Part shown: piece by piece, positions 41,228 through 53,689 of the stretch | Position numbering within the stretch: the stretch's first letter is position 1 | Layout of the letters: the number at the start of each line of letters is the position of its first letter | Source: a bacterium | GTDB taxonomy: Bacteria > Acidobacteriota > Blastocatellia > HR10 | NCBI GenBank assembly: GCA_041640655.1 | Contig: JBEPZV010000011.1 | Span: 1-62,878, forward strand | Reading direction: 5' to 3' | DNA length: 62,878 nt | Translations under genes and position numbers: made by a program | The notes under the pieces: generated by a model | Databases searched by the model: none | What the model was told of the DNA's origin: nothing | What the model saw: only the letters and a program-made list of their open reading frames with translations

Positions 41228-42514
41228 TCACTGAAGGCCGTAAATCTTCAATCGGAACTCATCGCTGACCAGCTTGATCTCGGGGCGAATGCCCGAGAAG
41301 TGCTGGGCGACATGCAGCAGCATCGGCACCCCCCCGGTCACGGTCTCCAGTCCGTAGTACGGGCTCTTGAAAATCCCCTTCAGCCGAGGATGGGGGGCGT
41401 TGACGACGCCGTAGCAGATGGGATCGAGGGCGACCCCACTTGTGCGCATCGGATTGATCAGCTCGATGCGATCATCGAAGATGAGCAATCGCGTCACCTG
41501 GTCGCGCGCGCTGTAATCCCGATGCACCAGGGCATTGGTGAGGGCTTCGAGTACCGCCGCGCGGGGGTAACGCGCGCGCGGCGCGACTGGGGATCGCTCC
41601 GACCATCGGCGCAGCGGACGCTCCTGGAGTAAATCCGCGTAGCGCTCCACGAACCGCAACGCCCGCTCGTAGACGTTGGCGAGATTCCCCACGATCTCCT
41701 CCCGCTCGACGATGGGATCGGTGATGTCCACCCCGCCGAAGCGCGTCGCCACAATGCCGCTGCGCGGCAGATGCGCCGCGACCCGCTCATCCTTCCCGAA
41801 GAGCAGCAGCCCGGCGAGCGTCGGGACGCTCTCGTGCTCGAACGCGACCGCCAACTGCAGATAATGGATCATGACCTCGTCCACGGGATACCCATGCTCC
41901 TCGAACTCGCTCAGGTCCCCCCCGCGCACCCCCCGCACATAGCTCCAGAAGACGGCCTCATCAATATCGTCGAGCGTCGCTGTGGTGATCGGCAGCAACT
42001 CGAAGCCATATGAGTGGCGGGGATCATACATCTCGGCGATCTCCTCGGCCGTCGCCTCTCGCTTAGTCGAGCCCACGCGCACGTAGCACCGATGATCGAA
42101 CGTCCGGTAGGGCCGATGCAGGCCGCTCACTTCCAGCGCCACGATGCGCTTGCCGTTGTCGAAGGCGATCTTGTTGATCTGCGGACGAATCGGCGGGATG
42201 ACAAGTCGCCGGCAGACGTCAATGAGCTGCTGTTCGACCCATTCGGGATCATCCACCCCCTCGACGCGCCGATTGTCGTTGACGCCGATGATGATGAACC
42301 CTCCGCCCGAATTGGCGAGCGCCACGATCTCCGCCGCGAGCTTCTCCGGGTTGTTCAAGCGCACCTTGAACTCGACGTAGCTGTCCTCCCCCCCTTGGAT
42401 GAGGTTGAGCAGCTCGGTTCGATCCAGGAGGACATGCTCCTCGAAATACTGCTGCGCGAAGAAGGAGCGTGTGGAGCTGGGCACATGCCGGTTGCGGAAT
42501 CGTCTCCTTCCCAT
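41228..42514 (-). CDS. AlbA_2 (Schlafen-like) + HATPase_c_4 domain protein
   Basis: N-domain GEDSYVEFK...IVALANSGGGFIIIGV and YVRVGST; C-domain EALTNALVHRDY and FDDRIELINP; no C-terminal HTH. Start uncertain. Confidence 0.85.
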   Translation of the reverse strand: MGRRRFRNRHVPSSTRSFFAQQYFEEHVLLDRTELLNLIQGGEDSYVEFKVRLNNPEKLAAEIVALANSGGGFIIIGVNDNRRVEGVDDPEWVEQQLIDVCRRLVIPPIRPQINKIAFDNGKRIVALEVSGLHRPYRTFDHRCYVRVGSTKREATAEEIAEMYDPRHSYGFELLPITTATLDDIDEAVFWSYVRGVRGGDLSEFEEHGYPVDEVMIHYLQLAVAFEHESVPTLAGLLLFGKDERVAAHLPRSGIVATRFGGVDITDPIVEREEIVGNLANVYERALRFVERYADLLQERPLRRWSERSPVAPRARYPRAAVLEALTNALVHRDYSARDQVTRLLIFDDRIELINPMRTSGVALDPICYGVVNAPHPRLKGIFKSPYYGLETVTGGVPMLLHVAQHFSGIRPEIKLVSDEFRLKIYGLQ

Positions 42515-42697
42515 GGGCCGCCCTCGCGCCTGAAGACGCGCCATCGGACGCGACCCGCCCGATGCCGTCTTCGATGGAATGTCCATGCTGCATGCACAGG
42601 GAGAATATACACGATCCCCGACCGCCGGCGCAAAAATTTTCCCTCCGAGGGGGGTGAACGCCTCAAGGCTCGGGGATGCGCTGCGCGATCCGCCCGC

Positions 42698-43930
42698 TCA
42701 CCGCGCGGTCTCCGAATACGGTCGGCGGAGGTAGCGACGCGCTTGCTCGTGCGCATCCAGCACATTCTCTCGTCGGAGGACGAGCTGATACTGCGCCTGC
42801 GCCGCCCGACGCTCGCCACGAAGATCGAGGATTTGGCCGACGCGAAGATGGGCCAGCGTCTTCAGATCCGCATGAGCGTCCTCCATGGCGACGAGGCGGC
42901 GAAAATGGTGGAGCGCCGCCTGCTTGTACCCGCTCTGGAAGAGCGCCTCGGCATACTGATAGCGAATCAGATCGTGGTTCTCTCGATAGGCCGGCTGCGC
43001 GAGCAACGCCTCGAACGCGCCGACGGCCTCGGCTCGCTCCCCGAGGCGCATGAGCAGGTTCGCACGCTCCAATCCGAAGAGGTAGTTGCGGGGATATCGG
43101 GCGATCAACTCATCGAGCACGCGGAGGGCATCCGAGAAGCGCCCCTCGCGATAGTAGACGGCGATCAGGAGCGTGCGGGCATCGTCGGCCACATATTTGC
43201 CCGCGCGCGCGGCCTCCTCCAGTTGCTCGATCCCGCGCTCGCGGCTCCCGCGAATCCCCCCCAGGGCGACCAGGATCTTCACGGCCAGGGGCAGGCTCCC
43301 GACGATATACTCGTAGAGGCCGACGGTGAGCAGGGCATCGGCGAACTGGGGATCGCGACGCAGCACCTCCCGATGTTCCTTCACGGCGCGAAAGCCGTTG
43401 CGCAACGCCGAGAAGAACTTGCGGAGGACGGTCGCCTCATACCCGGCCAGCACGGCATACGCCGCGCCCAGGAAATAGCGAGCCTCGACATCGGCCTCGT
43501 CCGCGCGAAGTCGGGCCTCGGCCTTCTCAATCGCCCGCTCGATATACGCGCGAAATCGCCGCTCCTGCTCCTCATCCGCGCGCTCCTCCGATTGGGCGTA
43601 GAAGGCCGGATTGATGTAGATGCCCGTCTGAAGCCGCCGCGTGCGATTGAGCCAATCAATCCAGGCGTGCGTGGCCAGATAGAGATAGCCCGCCGGATGC
43701 TCGGGGAAGTCGGCGGTGAGCCGCTCGAAGTACCCTCGCGCTTGCTCGTAGTCCAAATTGTAGAACGCCTCGAACCCCGCGCGGCGCAATGCCTCGAACG
43801 ACGCTGACTCCTGCACGACGCCCAGCGCCGAAGACGGAGCCGCGACCGCGCGCCGCCCCATCGCCTCAAGGAAGCTCCGTACGGGAGCGAGCGCGAGCAA
43901 GAGGACCGCGCCGATGATCCGCGCACGCAT
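42698..43930 (-). CDS. Exported tetratricopeptide-repeat protein
   Basis: Signal-like N-terminus; GFEAFYNLDYEQA and repeated TPR-like helices. Confidence 0.75.
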   Translation of the reverse strand: MRARIIGAVLLLALAPVRSFLEAMGRRAVAAPSSALGVVQESASFEALRRAGFEAFYNLDYEQARGYFERLTADFPEHPAGYLYLATHAWIDWLNRTRRLQTGIYINPAFYAQSEERADEEQERRFRAYIERAIEKAEARLRADEADVEARYFLGAAYAVLAGYEATVLRKFFSALRNGFRAVKEHREVLRRDPQFADALLTVGLYEYIVGSLPLAVKILVALGGIRGSRERGIEQLEEAARAGKYVADDARTLLIAVYYREGRFSDALRVLDELIARYPRNYLFGLERANLLMRLGERAEAVGAFEALLAQPAYRENHDLIRYQYAEALFQSGYKQAALHHFRRLVAMEDAHADLKTLAHLRVGQILDLRGERRAAQAQYQLVLRRENVLDAHEQARRYLRRPYSETAR

Positions 43931-43935
43931 ACCGA

Positions 43936-46451
<2,516 letters not shown>

Positions 46452-47534
46452 TCAGGCCGCCGCGATATGCTCCCTCAACTTCTCCGCCTGATGATGCGTG
46501 ATGAGGGCCTCGATCAGCTCATCCAACTCGCCGTCCAAGATGCGATCGAGCTGATAGAGGGTGAGACCGATGCGGTGATCCGTCACCCGATTCTCCTTGA
46601 AATTGTAGGTGCGAATCTTCTCGCTCCGATCGCCACTTTTGACCTGCTGCCGGCGTTCGGCGGAGACCGCCTCATGCTGCCGCCGCCGCTCCAATTCCAG
46701 CAACCGCGAGCGGAGTACGCGCAGGGCGCGCTCACGATTCTTGATCTGCGAGCGCTCGTCCTGACAGGTCACCACAAGCCCCGTCGGCAGGTGCGTGATC
46801 CGCACGGCGGAATACGTCGTGTTGACCGATTGCCCGCCGTGTCCCGAGGAGCAGAAGGTATCAATGCGCAGATCCTTCGGATCAATCCGCACTTCCACCT
46901 CTTCGGCCTCGGGCAAAACAGCCACCGTCGCCGCCGACGTGTGAATGCGCCCGCTCGCTTCGGTGATGGGGACGCGCTGCACGCGATGCACCCCGGACTC
47001 GAACTTCAAGCGGGAATAGGCTCCCCTCCCTTCGATCAAGAGGATCGCCTCCTTGACGCCTCCGATATCGGATTCGGAGACGTCGAGCAATTGCACGCGC
47101 CATCCCTGGCGCTCGGCATAGCGCGTGTACATGCGCAAGAGATCCGCGGCAAAAAGCGTGGCCTCGGCTCCCCCCGTCCCGGCGCGCACTTCCAGAATGA
47201 CGTTCCGCTCATCGTTGGGGTCCTTCGGCAACAGCAACAGCTTCAGTTCCTGCTCGCAGCGCTGCAGCCGCTCTTCCAAGGCATGCATTTCAGCGCGCGC
47301 CAGCTCGCGCAGTTCGCCGTCGGTCTCTTCCTCCAGCAGGGCGCGCGCGTCCTCCCATTCTCGCCGCAGGCGCTCGTACTCGCGATATTTCGCGATGATC
47401 GGCTCCAGCTCTCGCTGCTGCTTGAGGAGCTTCACATACCGCTCGTGATCGAGGAGCACCTCGGGATCGGCGAGCTGACGGTCCAGCTCCTCGGACTTCG
47501 CCGCGATCTCCCTGAGCTTCTCCCGCAATTCCAT
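46452..47534 (-). CDS. prfA: Peptide chain release factor 1
   Basis: Motifs [18 protein letters not shown] (PxT), GGQ and RTYN. Confidence 0.96.
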   Translation of the reverse strand: MELREKLREIAAKSEELDRQLADPEVLLDHERYVKLLKQQRELEPIIAKYREYERLRREWEDARALLEEETDGELRELARAEMHALEERLQRCEQELKLLLLPKDPNDERNVILEVRAGTGGAEATLFAADLLRMYTRYAERQGWRVQLLDVSESDIGGVKEAILLIEGRGAYSRLKFESGVHRVQRVPITEASGRIHTSAATVAVLPEAEEVEVRIDPKDLRIDTFCSSGHGGQSVNTTYSAVRITHLPTGLVVTCQDERSQIKNRERALRVLRSRLLELERRRQHEAVSAERRQQVKSGDRSEKIRTYNFKENRVTDHRIGLTLYQLDRILDGELDELIEALITHHQAEKLREHIAAA

Positions 47535-47627
47535 CGCCACGGTCTCCCGACAGAAACACCGAGGGCCACAAGCGCTCACTCCCGCGCGGGAGCAAGACCT
47601 GTGGCCCACAGGAGAAGGACGACTCCG

Positions 47628-47849
47628 CTACCCCTTGTTCTCCCCGGCCGGTCGTTGCCCGTACTTCCGCTGGAAGCGCTCGACGCGACCGGCGCTATCC
47701 ACGTACTTCTGCTTCCCCGTGAAGAAGGGATGGCAGGCGGAACACACCTCCAGATGAATCTCCCGCTTGGTCGAGCGCGTGCGCCACGTCTCACCGCAGG
47801 CGCACGTGACGATCGCTTCCACATACTCCGGATGGATGCCTTTCTTCAC
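47628..47849 (-). CDS. rpmE: 50S ribosomal protein L31 (Zn-binding type)
   Basis: Motifs [12 protein letters not shown] and [10 protein letters not shown]; promoter TTGACA-18-TACTCT (47886-47915). Confidence 0.96.
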   Translation of the reverse strand: MKKGIHPEYVEAIVTCACGETWRTRSTKREIHLEVCSACHPFFTGKQKYVDSAGRVERFQRKYGQRPAGENKG

Positions 47850-47928
47850 AATGCTCCCCCTCTCTCACCGGTATTCGAGGAGAAAAGAGTACACGGCGCG
47901 CGCGGCCCCTGTCAAGGAGGGGCTAGCT

Positions 47929-49290
47929 TCAGGAAGGGAGATCGAGCACATCATATCGGGTCACGATGCCAACGATCCGCCCATATTCCTCGACCAGAAT
48001 GGCCGGGGAATGCTTGAGATATTTCACGGCCGTCTCGACCTCGACGCTCTCGCTCACGACGGGGAACGGGGCCTCCATGACCTCGCTCACGGGCGCCTGC
48101 AGCAGATCGCGATTTTTGAGGAGCTTCGCCATGAGCCGCCCCTCGCGCACGCTTCCGACCGAGCGTCCCTCTTCTAATACGGGCAACTGCGAGAGTCCAT
48201 ACTGGTTCATCTTGTGCAAGGCCTCGGCCACGCGGTCGCGCGGGGCGACAGCGACCAAGGGCGGCACCATGCTCGTGTCCTTCATCTGCAAGAGCGTCCC
48301 CAAGGTCAACCGTTCGAATCCGAGCAGCCGCTTCTCCTTCATCCATTCATCCGAATAGAACTTGGACAAGTAGCGCTCGCCTGTATCGCAGACGATGAAG
48401 ACGACCACATGCTCGCGCGTCAGCCGCTCGGCGACCTTCAGCGCCGCATACGCGATCGTCCCCGTGCTCCCTCCGGCGAAGATGCCCTCCTCTCGCGCCA
48501 AGCGCCGCGCCATGTTGAACGAATCGCGATCGGTGACGTTGATGATCTCGTCAATGTACTTCATGTGAACGTTGGCGGGGATCGTCTCCTGCCCGATCCC
48601 CTCGACCAAGTACGGGGTCGCTTCCATGAGCTGCCCCGTTTCCTTGTAGGTCTTGAAGACCGACCCATAGGGGTCGGCGCCGATGACCCGGATCTTTGGG
48701 TTCTTCTCTTTGAGATACCGTCCGACACCGCTGATCGTCCCACCGGTCCCAATGCCCGCGACAAAGTGCGTGACCCGCCCCTCGGTCTGCTCCCAGATCT
48801 CCGGCCCCGTCGTGCGATAATGAGCCTCGGGGTTGGCCGGATTCTCGTACTGATTGAGCATGATGGCCCCCGGGGTCTCGCGCGCGATCCGCTTGGCCGT
48901 GTTCACGTAATGATCTGGGGAGTCGGGCTTGGCCGTGACCGGGACGATGACGACCTCCGCCCCCAGGGCCTTCAGATACCGCACCTTCTCCTGACTCGCC
49001 TTGTCGGTCATGACGAAGATCGCTTTATAGCCCTTCACAGCGCAGGCCAGGGCCAATCCGATCCCCGTATTGCCACTGGTCGGCTCGACGATGGTCCCCC
49101 CCGGCTTCAATCGGCCCTCTCGCTCAGCCCGCTCGATCATCGCGATCCCGATGCGGTCCTTCACGCTCCCGCCGGGGTTCATGGATTCGAGCTTCGCCAG
49201 GACGGTCGCTTCGATCCCCCGGGTCACTTTGTTGAGCTTGACGAGCGGCGTGCGGCCGATGAGCTGCAGGATGTTCTCCTTGTAGTCCAT
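47929..49290 (-). CDS. Cystathionine beta-synthase / cysteine synthase with C-terminal CBS pair
   Basis: Motifs [18 protein letters not shown] and GTGGT; C-terminal CBS domains. Confidence 0.92.
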   Translation of the reverse strand: MDYKENILQLIGRTPLVKLNKVTRGIEATVLAKLESMNPGGSVKDRIGIAMIERAEREGRLKPGGTIVEPTSGNTGIGLALACAVKGYKAIFVMTDKASQEKVRYLKALGAEVVIVPVTAKPDSPDHYVNTAKRIARETPGAIMLNQYENPANPEAHYRTTGPEIWEQTEGRVTHFVAGIGTGGTISGVGRYLKEKNPKIRVIGADPYGSVFKTYKETGQLMEATPYLVEGIGQETIPANVHMKYIDEIINVTDRDSFNMARRLAREEGIFAGGSTGTIAYAALKVAERLTREHVVVFIVCDTGERYLSKFYSDEWMKEKRLLGFERLTLGTLLQMKDTSMVPPLVAVAPRDRVAEALHKMNQYGLSQLPVLEEGRSVGSVREGRLMAKLLKNRDLLQAPVSEVMEAPFPVVSESVEVETAVKYLKHSPAILVEEYGRIVGIVTRYDVLDLPS

Positions 49291-49409
49291 ATGCACCCCC
49301 CTCGTTGTCGCGCGATCACGCGCCTGTATTGTACACGGCTTCGCTTCGGCTTTCACGCGCCGATCGCGGCTTTCCCCAGAGCGCCGCCGTGGGTATAATG
49401 GTCTGCAGC

Positions 49410-49814
49410 ATGATTGCTCCGAAAGCCGAGATTCGACGCTTCGACATCTTCGCCGAATGGAATCGGCTGCGCGCGGTGACACTCCTGAAATTGCCGGAGC
49501 CGGAAGCGCGCGCTTACGGATTGGCCGTCGCCAAGGTCGTCGCGGCGCGCAAGCTGCACGGCTATACGCCGAAGGAGTTGGCCGACTTCAAGCGTCAGGC
49601 GCGGACGCTCGCGCATCCTGAGGAGATCACTGTCCCGTGGTGGCATCGGCTCGCCTCTCCCGAAGAATTTGAGACGAAGATCGTCGAACGCATGGGACGC
49701 ACCTTCTACGAGCAGGTCTTTCGGCCCACCATCGCCCGAGCCTGGCGCGAGGGGAAGAGTTACGAGGAGATTCGCGACACGCTCCGTCAGCAGTGGAACC
49801 GACTGCGGGAATAA
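49410..49814 (+). CDS. Hypothetical protein (134 aa)
   Basis: Protein-like sequence [13 protein letters not shown]...AKVVAARK...YEEIRDTLR; perfect TATAAT at 49394-49399 and no clear SD. Confidence 0.7.
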   Translation: MIAPKAEIRRFDIFAEWNRLRAVTLLKLPEPEARAYGLAVAKVVAARKLHGYTPKELADFKRQARTLAHPEEITVPWWHRLASPEEFETKIVERMGRTFYEQVFRPTIARAWREGKSYEEIRDTLRQQWNRLRE

Positions 49815-49822
49815 TCCGACCC

Positions 49823-50632
49823 TCACGGGAGCCTCTCGCGCACGCGGGCGACAGCGCGCATGAAGGCCTTCACGCGCTCGACATCCACGGGATGATGCAC
49901 AATCCCATCACGCTTGAAGAACGTCCCGACGATCACACCATCAGCCACGCGGAGCAGATCCGCGACATTCTCCACCGTCACTCCGCTGCCCACCAGCACG
50001 GGCGTCGCCCGGGCCACAGCTTTCGCTTCCCGGACGCGCTCCGGAGATGTCTCTCGCCCTGTCGCCACTCCCGAGAGGATGAGGGCATCGGCCCGTCCCC
50101 GCTCGATCGCCTCCAGAACCTCTTGCGCGAGGTCGCGTGGGGCAAGGGGAGCCGAATGTTTCACGGCGACATCGGCGAAGACCTTCACCGTACTTCCGAG
50201 CATCGCGCGATCGCGCAGCAGCCGATGAGCCTCCCCCTCGATCACGCCCTGATCGGTCACGCGCACCCCTATGTGAACGTTGACGCGGATGAACTCGGCC
50301 CCGATGGCTGTCGCGATGGCCAGAGCGCTGCGCGCATCATTGCGCAGGACGTTCACTCCCAGCGGCTTGGCGAAGACCCGCTTCACCTCGTGGCCGATGA
50401 CCGTCAGGAAGGCCACCGTATGCGGCGGGACGCGGCGCGGATAGTAAGGCGCATCGCCGAAATTCTCTAAGAGAAATCCGTCCACCCCACCTTCGGCCAG
50501 CGCCTCTGCATCGGCCAAGACCTGCGCGCGCACGCGCTCCCAATCGCCCTCGAACCCCGGCGCCCCGGGCAAAGCCGGCGCATGAAGCATACCGATGACC
50601 GGTCTCTCGACTCCGAAGATCCGCTCGAGCAT
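49823..50632 (-). CDS. BtpA/SgcQ family TIM-barrel protein
   Basis: Motifs IGMLHAPALPG, ENFGDAPY, GVNVLRND, ADVAVKHS and VLVGSG. Confidence 0.9.
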   Translation of the reverse strand: MLERIFGVERPVIGMLHAPALPGAPGFEGDWERVRAQVLADAEALAEGGVDGFLLENFGDAPYYPRRVPPHTVAFLTVIGHEVKRVFAKPLGVNVLRNDARSALAIATAIGAEFIRVNVHIGVRVTDQGVIEGEAHRLLRDRAMLGSTVKVFADVAVKHSAPLAPRDLAQEVLEAIERGRADALILSGVATGRETSPERVREAKAVARATPVLVGSGVTVENVADLLRVADGVIVGTFFKRDGIVHHPVDVERVKAFMRAVARVRERLP

Positions 50633-50724
50633 TCCTCTTCCGCCCAGTCTACGGGGTTCCACGCCAAGACGCAACGCGAGGAGCCCTGTTCCCGAGCATC
50701 GGCCTTGCCATCCCCGCAGGAGTG

Positions 50725-50853
50725 ATGATAAAGTGGGGGGCGACGCCGATCATCACGATTCCGCCAGGGCTACGAGAGAAGCTCGGCGAGGATGGGGCCG
50801 AGGCTCTGGTGGCGGGGATTTTCCTCGCCCTCCTTCGTTTCCTCCGCGCGTGA
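50725..50853 (+). pseudogene. Internally deleted remnant of a DUF1640/CCDC90-like coiled-coil gene, or a 42-aa small protein
   Basis: Frame reads MIKWGA-TPIITIPPGLREKLGEDGAEALV-AGIFLALLRFLRA*; TTGCCA-18-TAAAGT at ~50705-50734. Confidence 0.4.
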
Positions 50854-51002
50854 GCACTCGCGCGTTTCTCATGCGGATGCCTCCTTCGCTCTGCATCCGA
50901 CGGGGATCGAAGGGCACGCCCATGCGGCGATGATGCTGTGATCGCGGGCTCGTGTTTGCCGAGTGCCGCGTCGCTCTGTCATAATCCATTAACGGGGCTG
51001 CC

Positions 51003-52202
51003 ATGAAACCACGAATCATCCTCTTCTCCGGCAAAGGGGGTGTTGGCAAGACGTCGGTGGCGGCCGCGACGGGAGTGCGCGCGGCCGAACTCGGCTCTCG
51101 CACGATCGTCCTCTCGCTGGACATCGCGCACAGCCTCTCGGATGCCTTCGACCTGCCCGTCGGACTGCACGAGAAGAATGAAGGCCGTCCCGTCCACGTC
51201 GCCGATCGCCTCGATATTCAGGAGATTGACGTCCAAGAGGAACTGGAGCGGTGGTGGAGCGAGGTCTACAAGTATCTGGCCGCCGTCTTCAGCGCCACCG
51301 GTATGGGCGACCTCATGGCCGAGGAGATGGCCATCCTCCCCGGCATGGAGGAGATCATCGGCCTGCTCTACATCAATCAGTACATCGAGGAGCGGAGCTA
51401 CGACGTCATCATCTTGGACTGCGCGCCGACGGGCGAATCGTTGCGCTTCATCAGCTTGCCCTCGGCGCTCGAATGGTTCATGGACAAGATCTTCCACCTG
51501 GAGCGCACAGTCATGCGCGTCGTGCGCCCGATGGCGAAGCCATTCGCGCCGATCCCTCTGCCGGACGATAGCTACTATGCGGCCATCGAACGGCTCTATC
51601 GGCGCCTCAAGGGCGTGGACAAATACCTGCTCGATCCCCAGGTCACGACAGCGCGACTGGTCACGAATGCGGAGAAGATGGTCGTGCGCGAGACGCAGCG
51701 CGCGTTCATGTATCTCTGCCTCTACGAGATCGCCGTGGACGCGGTGGTCGTCAACAAGCTCATCCCTCCGCACGTCATGGACGCGCACTTCAGAAGCTGG
51801 CTGACGGCGCAAATGGGATATGTGGAACAGATCGAGGAGTACTTCGCTCCCATCCCCATCTTGAAAGCGCCCCTTTTTGAGAGCGAGATCGTCGGCGTGG
51901 AGCGACTGCGCCAACTCGCTCTGGAACTCTATGGCTCGCGCGACCCGACGCACGTGCTCTATGCGGAGAAGCCGTACCAGTATCACTTCGCAGATGGGCG
52001 GTATGTGCTGCAGCTCAAGCTTCCCTTCGCCAGTCGCGAGCACATTGATCTCTATCGGGACGCCGATGAGCTGATCATCCGCATCGGCAGCTTCAAACGC
52101 CACGTCCTCCTTCCGCACAAGCTGATCAAAAGCCGCATTCGATCCGCTTCGTACAAAGGGGACACGCTTGTCATCGAATTCGCGGAGGCATCGGAGTCCT
52201 GA
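51003..52202 (+). CDS. ArsA/GET3-family ATPase with C-terminal HSP20-like domain
   Basis: Motifs GKGGVGKT, DIAHSLSD and DCAPTGE; C-terminal beta domain LKLPF...ELIIRIG...R...LP. Confidence 0.9.
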   Translation: MKPRIILFSGKGGVGKTSVAAATGVRAAELGSRTIVLSLDIAHSLSDAFDLPVGLHEKNEGRPVHVADRLDIQEIDVQEELERWWSEVYKYLAAVFSATGMGDLMAEEMAILPGMEEIIGLLYINQYIEERSYDVIILDCAPTGESLRFISLPSALEWFMDKIFHLERTVMRVVRPMAKPFAPIPLPDDSYYAAIERLYRRLKGVDKYLLDPQVTTARLVTNAEKMVVRETQRAFMYLCLYEIAVDAVVVNKLIPPHVMDAHFRSWLTAQMGYVEQIEEYFAPIPILKAPLFESEIVGVERLRQLALELYGSRDPTHVLYAEKPYQYHFADGRYVLQLKLPFASREHIDLYRDADELIIRIGSFKRHVLLPHKLIKSRIRSASYKGDTLVIEFAEASES

Positions 52203-52215
52203 GCACATCCCAGCC

Positions 52216-53640
52216 TCATCGAGAGGGCTCCCCGACGCGGTGCAGCTTCATCATGTCGGAGAGGCCGAGGCCGCGGAGTGTGCCGGCCATGAGTACAATC
52301 ACGTCCCCCACGCGCGCCAAGCCCTCGTTCAGAAGCAGACGATCACATGCGGCGAGGAGGTCATCCGAGCCTGCGGGGAACGGAAAGAGCCACGGCTCCA
52401 CGCCCCAGACGGCGGCCAATTGCCGATAGGTCGTGCGTGACGGTGTGAGCGCGATCACCCGTTGCGCGGGGCGGAGCGCCGCGAGATGCCGAGGCATGTT
52501 CCCCCTCTCGGTGAAAACGACGATCAGAGCGGCGTTCACCTCCTCGGCGGCGAACGCCGCGGCCTCCGCGATGGCCCGCCCAGAGGATCCCGACGGCCGA
52601 GTGCTCACCGCTTCTCGGAGTCGCGAGCGGGAGAGCGGCGAGGCCTCTGCCGCTCGAACGATGCGGTCCATCGTGCGCACAGCCTCTAGGGGGAATCGTC
52701 CAACGGCCGTCTCTCCCGAGAGCATGACGGCATCTGTGCCATCGAACACGGCGTTGGCGACGTCGGAAGCTTCGGCGCGCGTCGGGCGCGGATTCTCGAT
52801 CATGGATTGGAGCATCTGCGTCGCCGTGATCACGATCTTCCCCGCGCGATTCGCTCTCGCGATGATCTCTTTCTGCAGGACGGGGACGCTCTCGACCGAC
52901 GTCTCGACGCCGAGATCGCCCCGCGCGACCATGAGCCCGTCCGCCGCGCGAAGGATGTCGTCCAGGCGTTGAACGGCTTCGGCCTTCTCGATCTTCGCGA
53001 TCACGGGGATATGGGCGCCGGCCTCCTCGATCACCCGCCTCGCCAGGTGACAATCGGCGGCGGAGCGGACGAAGGAGAGACCGATGTAGTCCACCTCCTG
53101 TTCGATCCCGAACCGGAGATCGCGCCGATCCTTCTCCGTCAGCGCAGAGAGCGACAGCGAGACGCCCGGAAGATTCAGGCCTTTGCGCGGCCCCAGCCAC
53201 CCTCCGTGGACGACGCGGCAGACGAGGGCACCGGCCTCCTTCTCCTCGACCACCAACTCGAGCGCCCCATCATCGAGCAGGATGCGATCGCCCACGGCGG
53301 CCTCTTCGACCAACGCGGGGTAATTCGTCGAGAGGCGCGTCGCGTCGCCCACAATCGGCTCGGCGACGATGCGCAGGCGCGCTCCCGTCGGCACCTCAAT
53401 CGGTCGTCCATCTTTCAAGTCCCCGATTCGCAGTTTCGGCCCCGCCAGGTCCAGCAATACGGCGACGGCGCGTCGCATGCGGTCCGCCACCTCGCGCACT
53501 CTCGCGATAGTCTCCGCGTGCTCCTCATAGGTCCCATAGGACATATTCAGCCGCACGACATCCACGCCCGCTTCGATGAGCGCTGGGAGCATCGAGCGCG
53601 AAGCCGGTCCAATTGTCGCGACGATCTTCACGCGCCGCAT
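52216..53640 (-). CDS. pyk: Pyruvate kinase
   Basis: Motifs [35 protein letters not shown] and MLSGETA. Confidence 0.95.
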   Translation of the reverse strand: MRRVKIVATIGPASRSMLPALIEAGVDVVRLNMSYGTYEEHAETIARVREVADRMRRAVAVLLDLAGPKLRIGDLKDGRPIEVPTGARLRIVAEPIVGDATRLSTNYPALVEEAAVGDRILLDDGALELVVEEKEAGALVCRVVHGGWLGPRKGLNLPGVSLSLSALTEKDRRDLRFGIEQEVDYIGLSFVRSAADCHLARRVIEEAGAHIPVIAKIEKAEAVQRLDDILRAADGLMVARGDLGVETSVESVPVLQKEIIARANRAGKIVITATQMLQSMIENPRPTRAEASDVANAVFDGTDAVMLSGETAVGRFPLEAVRTMDRIVRAAEASPLSRSRLREAVSTRPSGSSGRAIAEAAAFAAEEVNAALIVVFTERGNMPRHLAALRPAQRVIALTPSRTTYRQLAAVWGVEPWLFPFPAGSDDLLAACDRLLLNEGLARVGDVIVLMAGTLRGLGLSDMMKLHRVGEPSR

Positions 53641-53689
53641 CGCTTCTCTCCTGGGGCGAATGTCGAGCACCGTGAAATCGCGCGCGGAC

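Noticed and set aside
51003..52202. Arsenic-resistance operon
   Set aside because: Single-domain ArsA/GET3 with an HSP20-like tail and no arsB, arsC, arsD or arsR neighbours.
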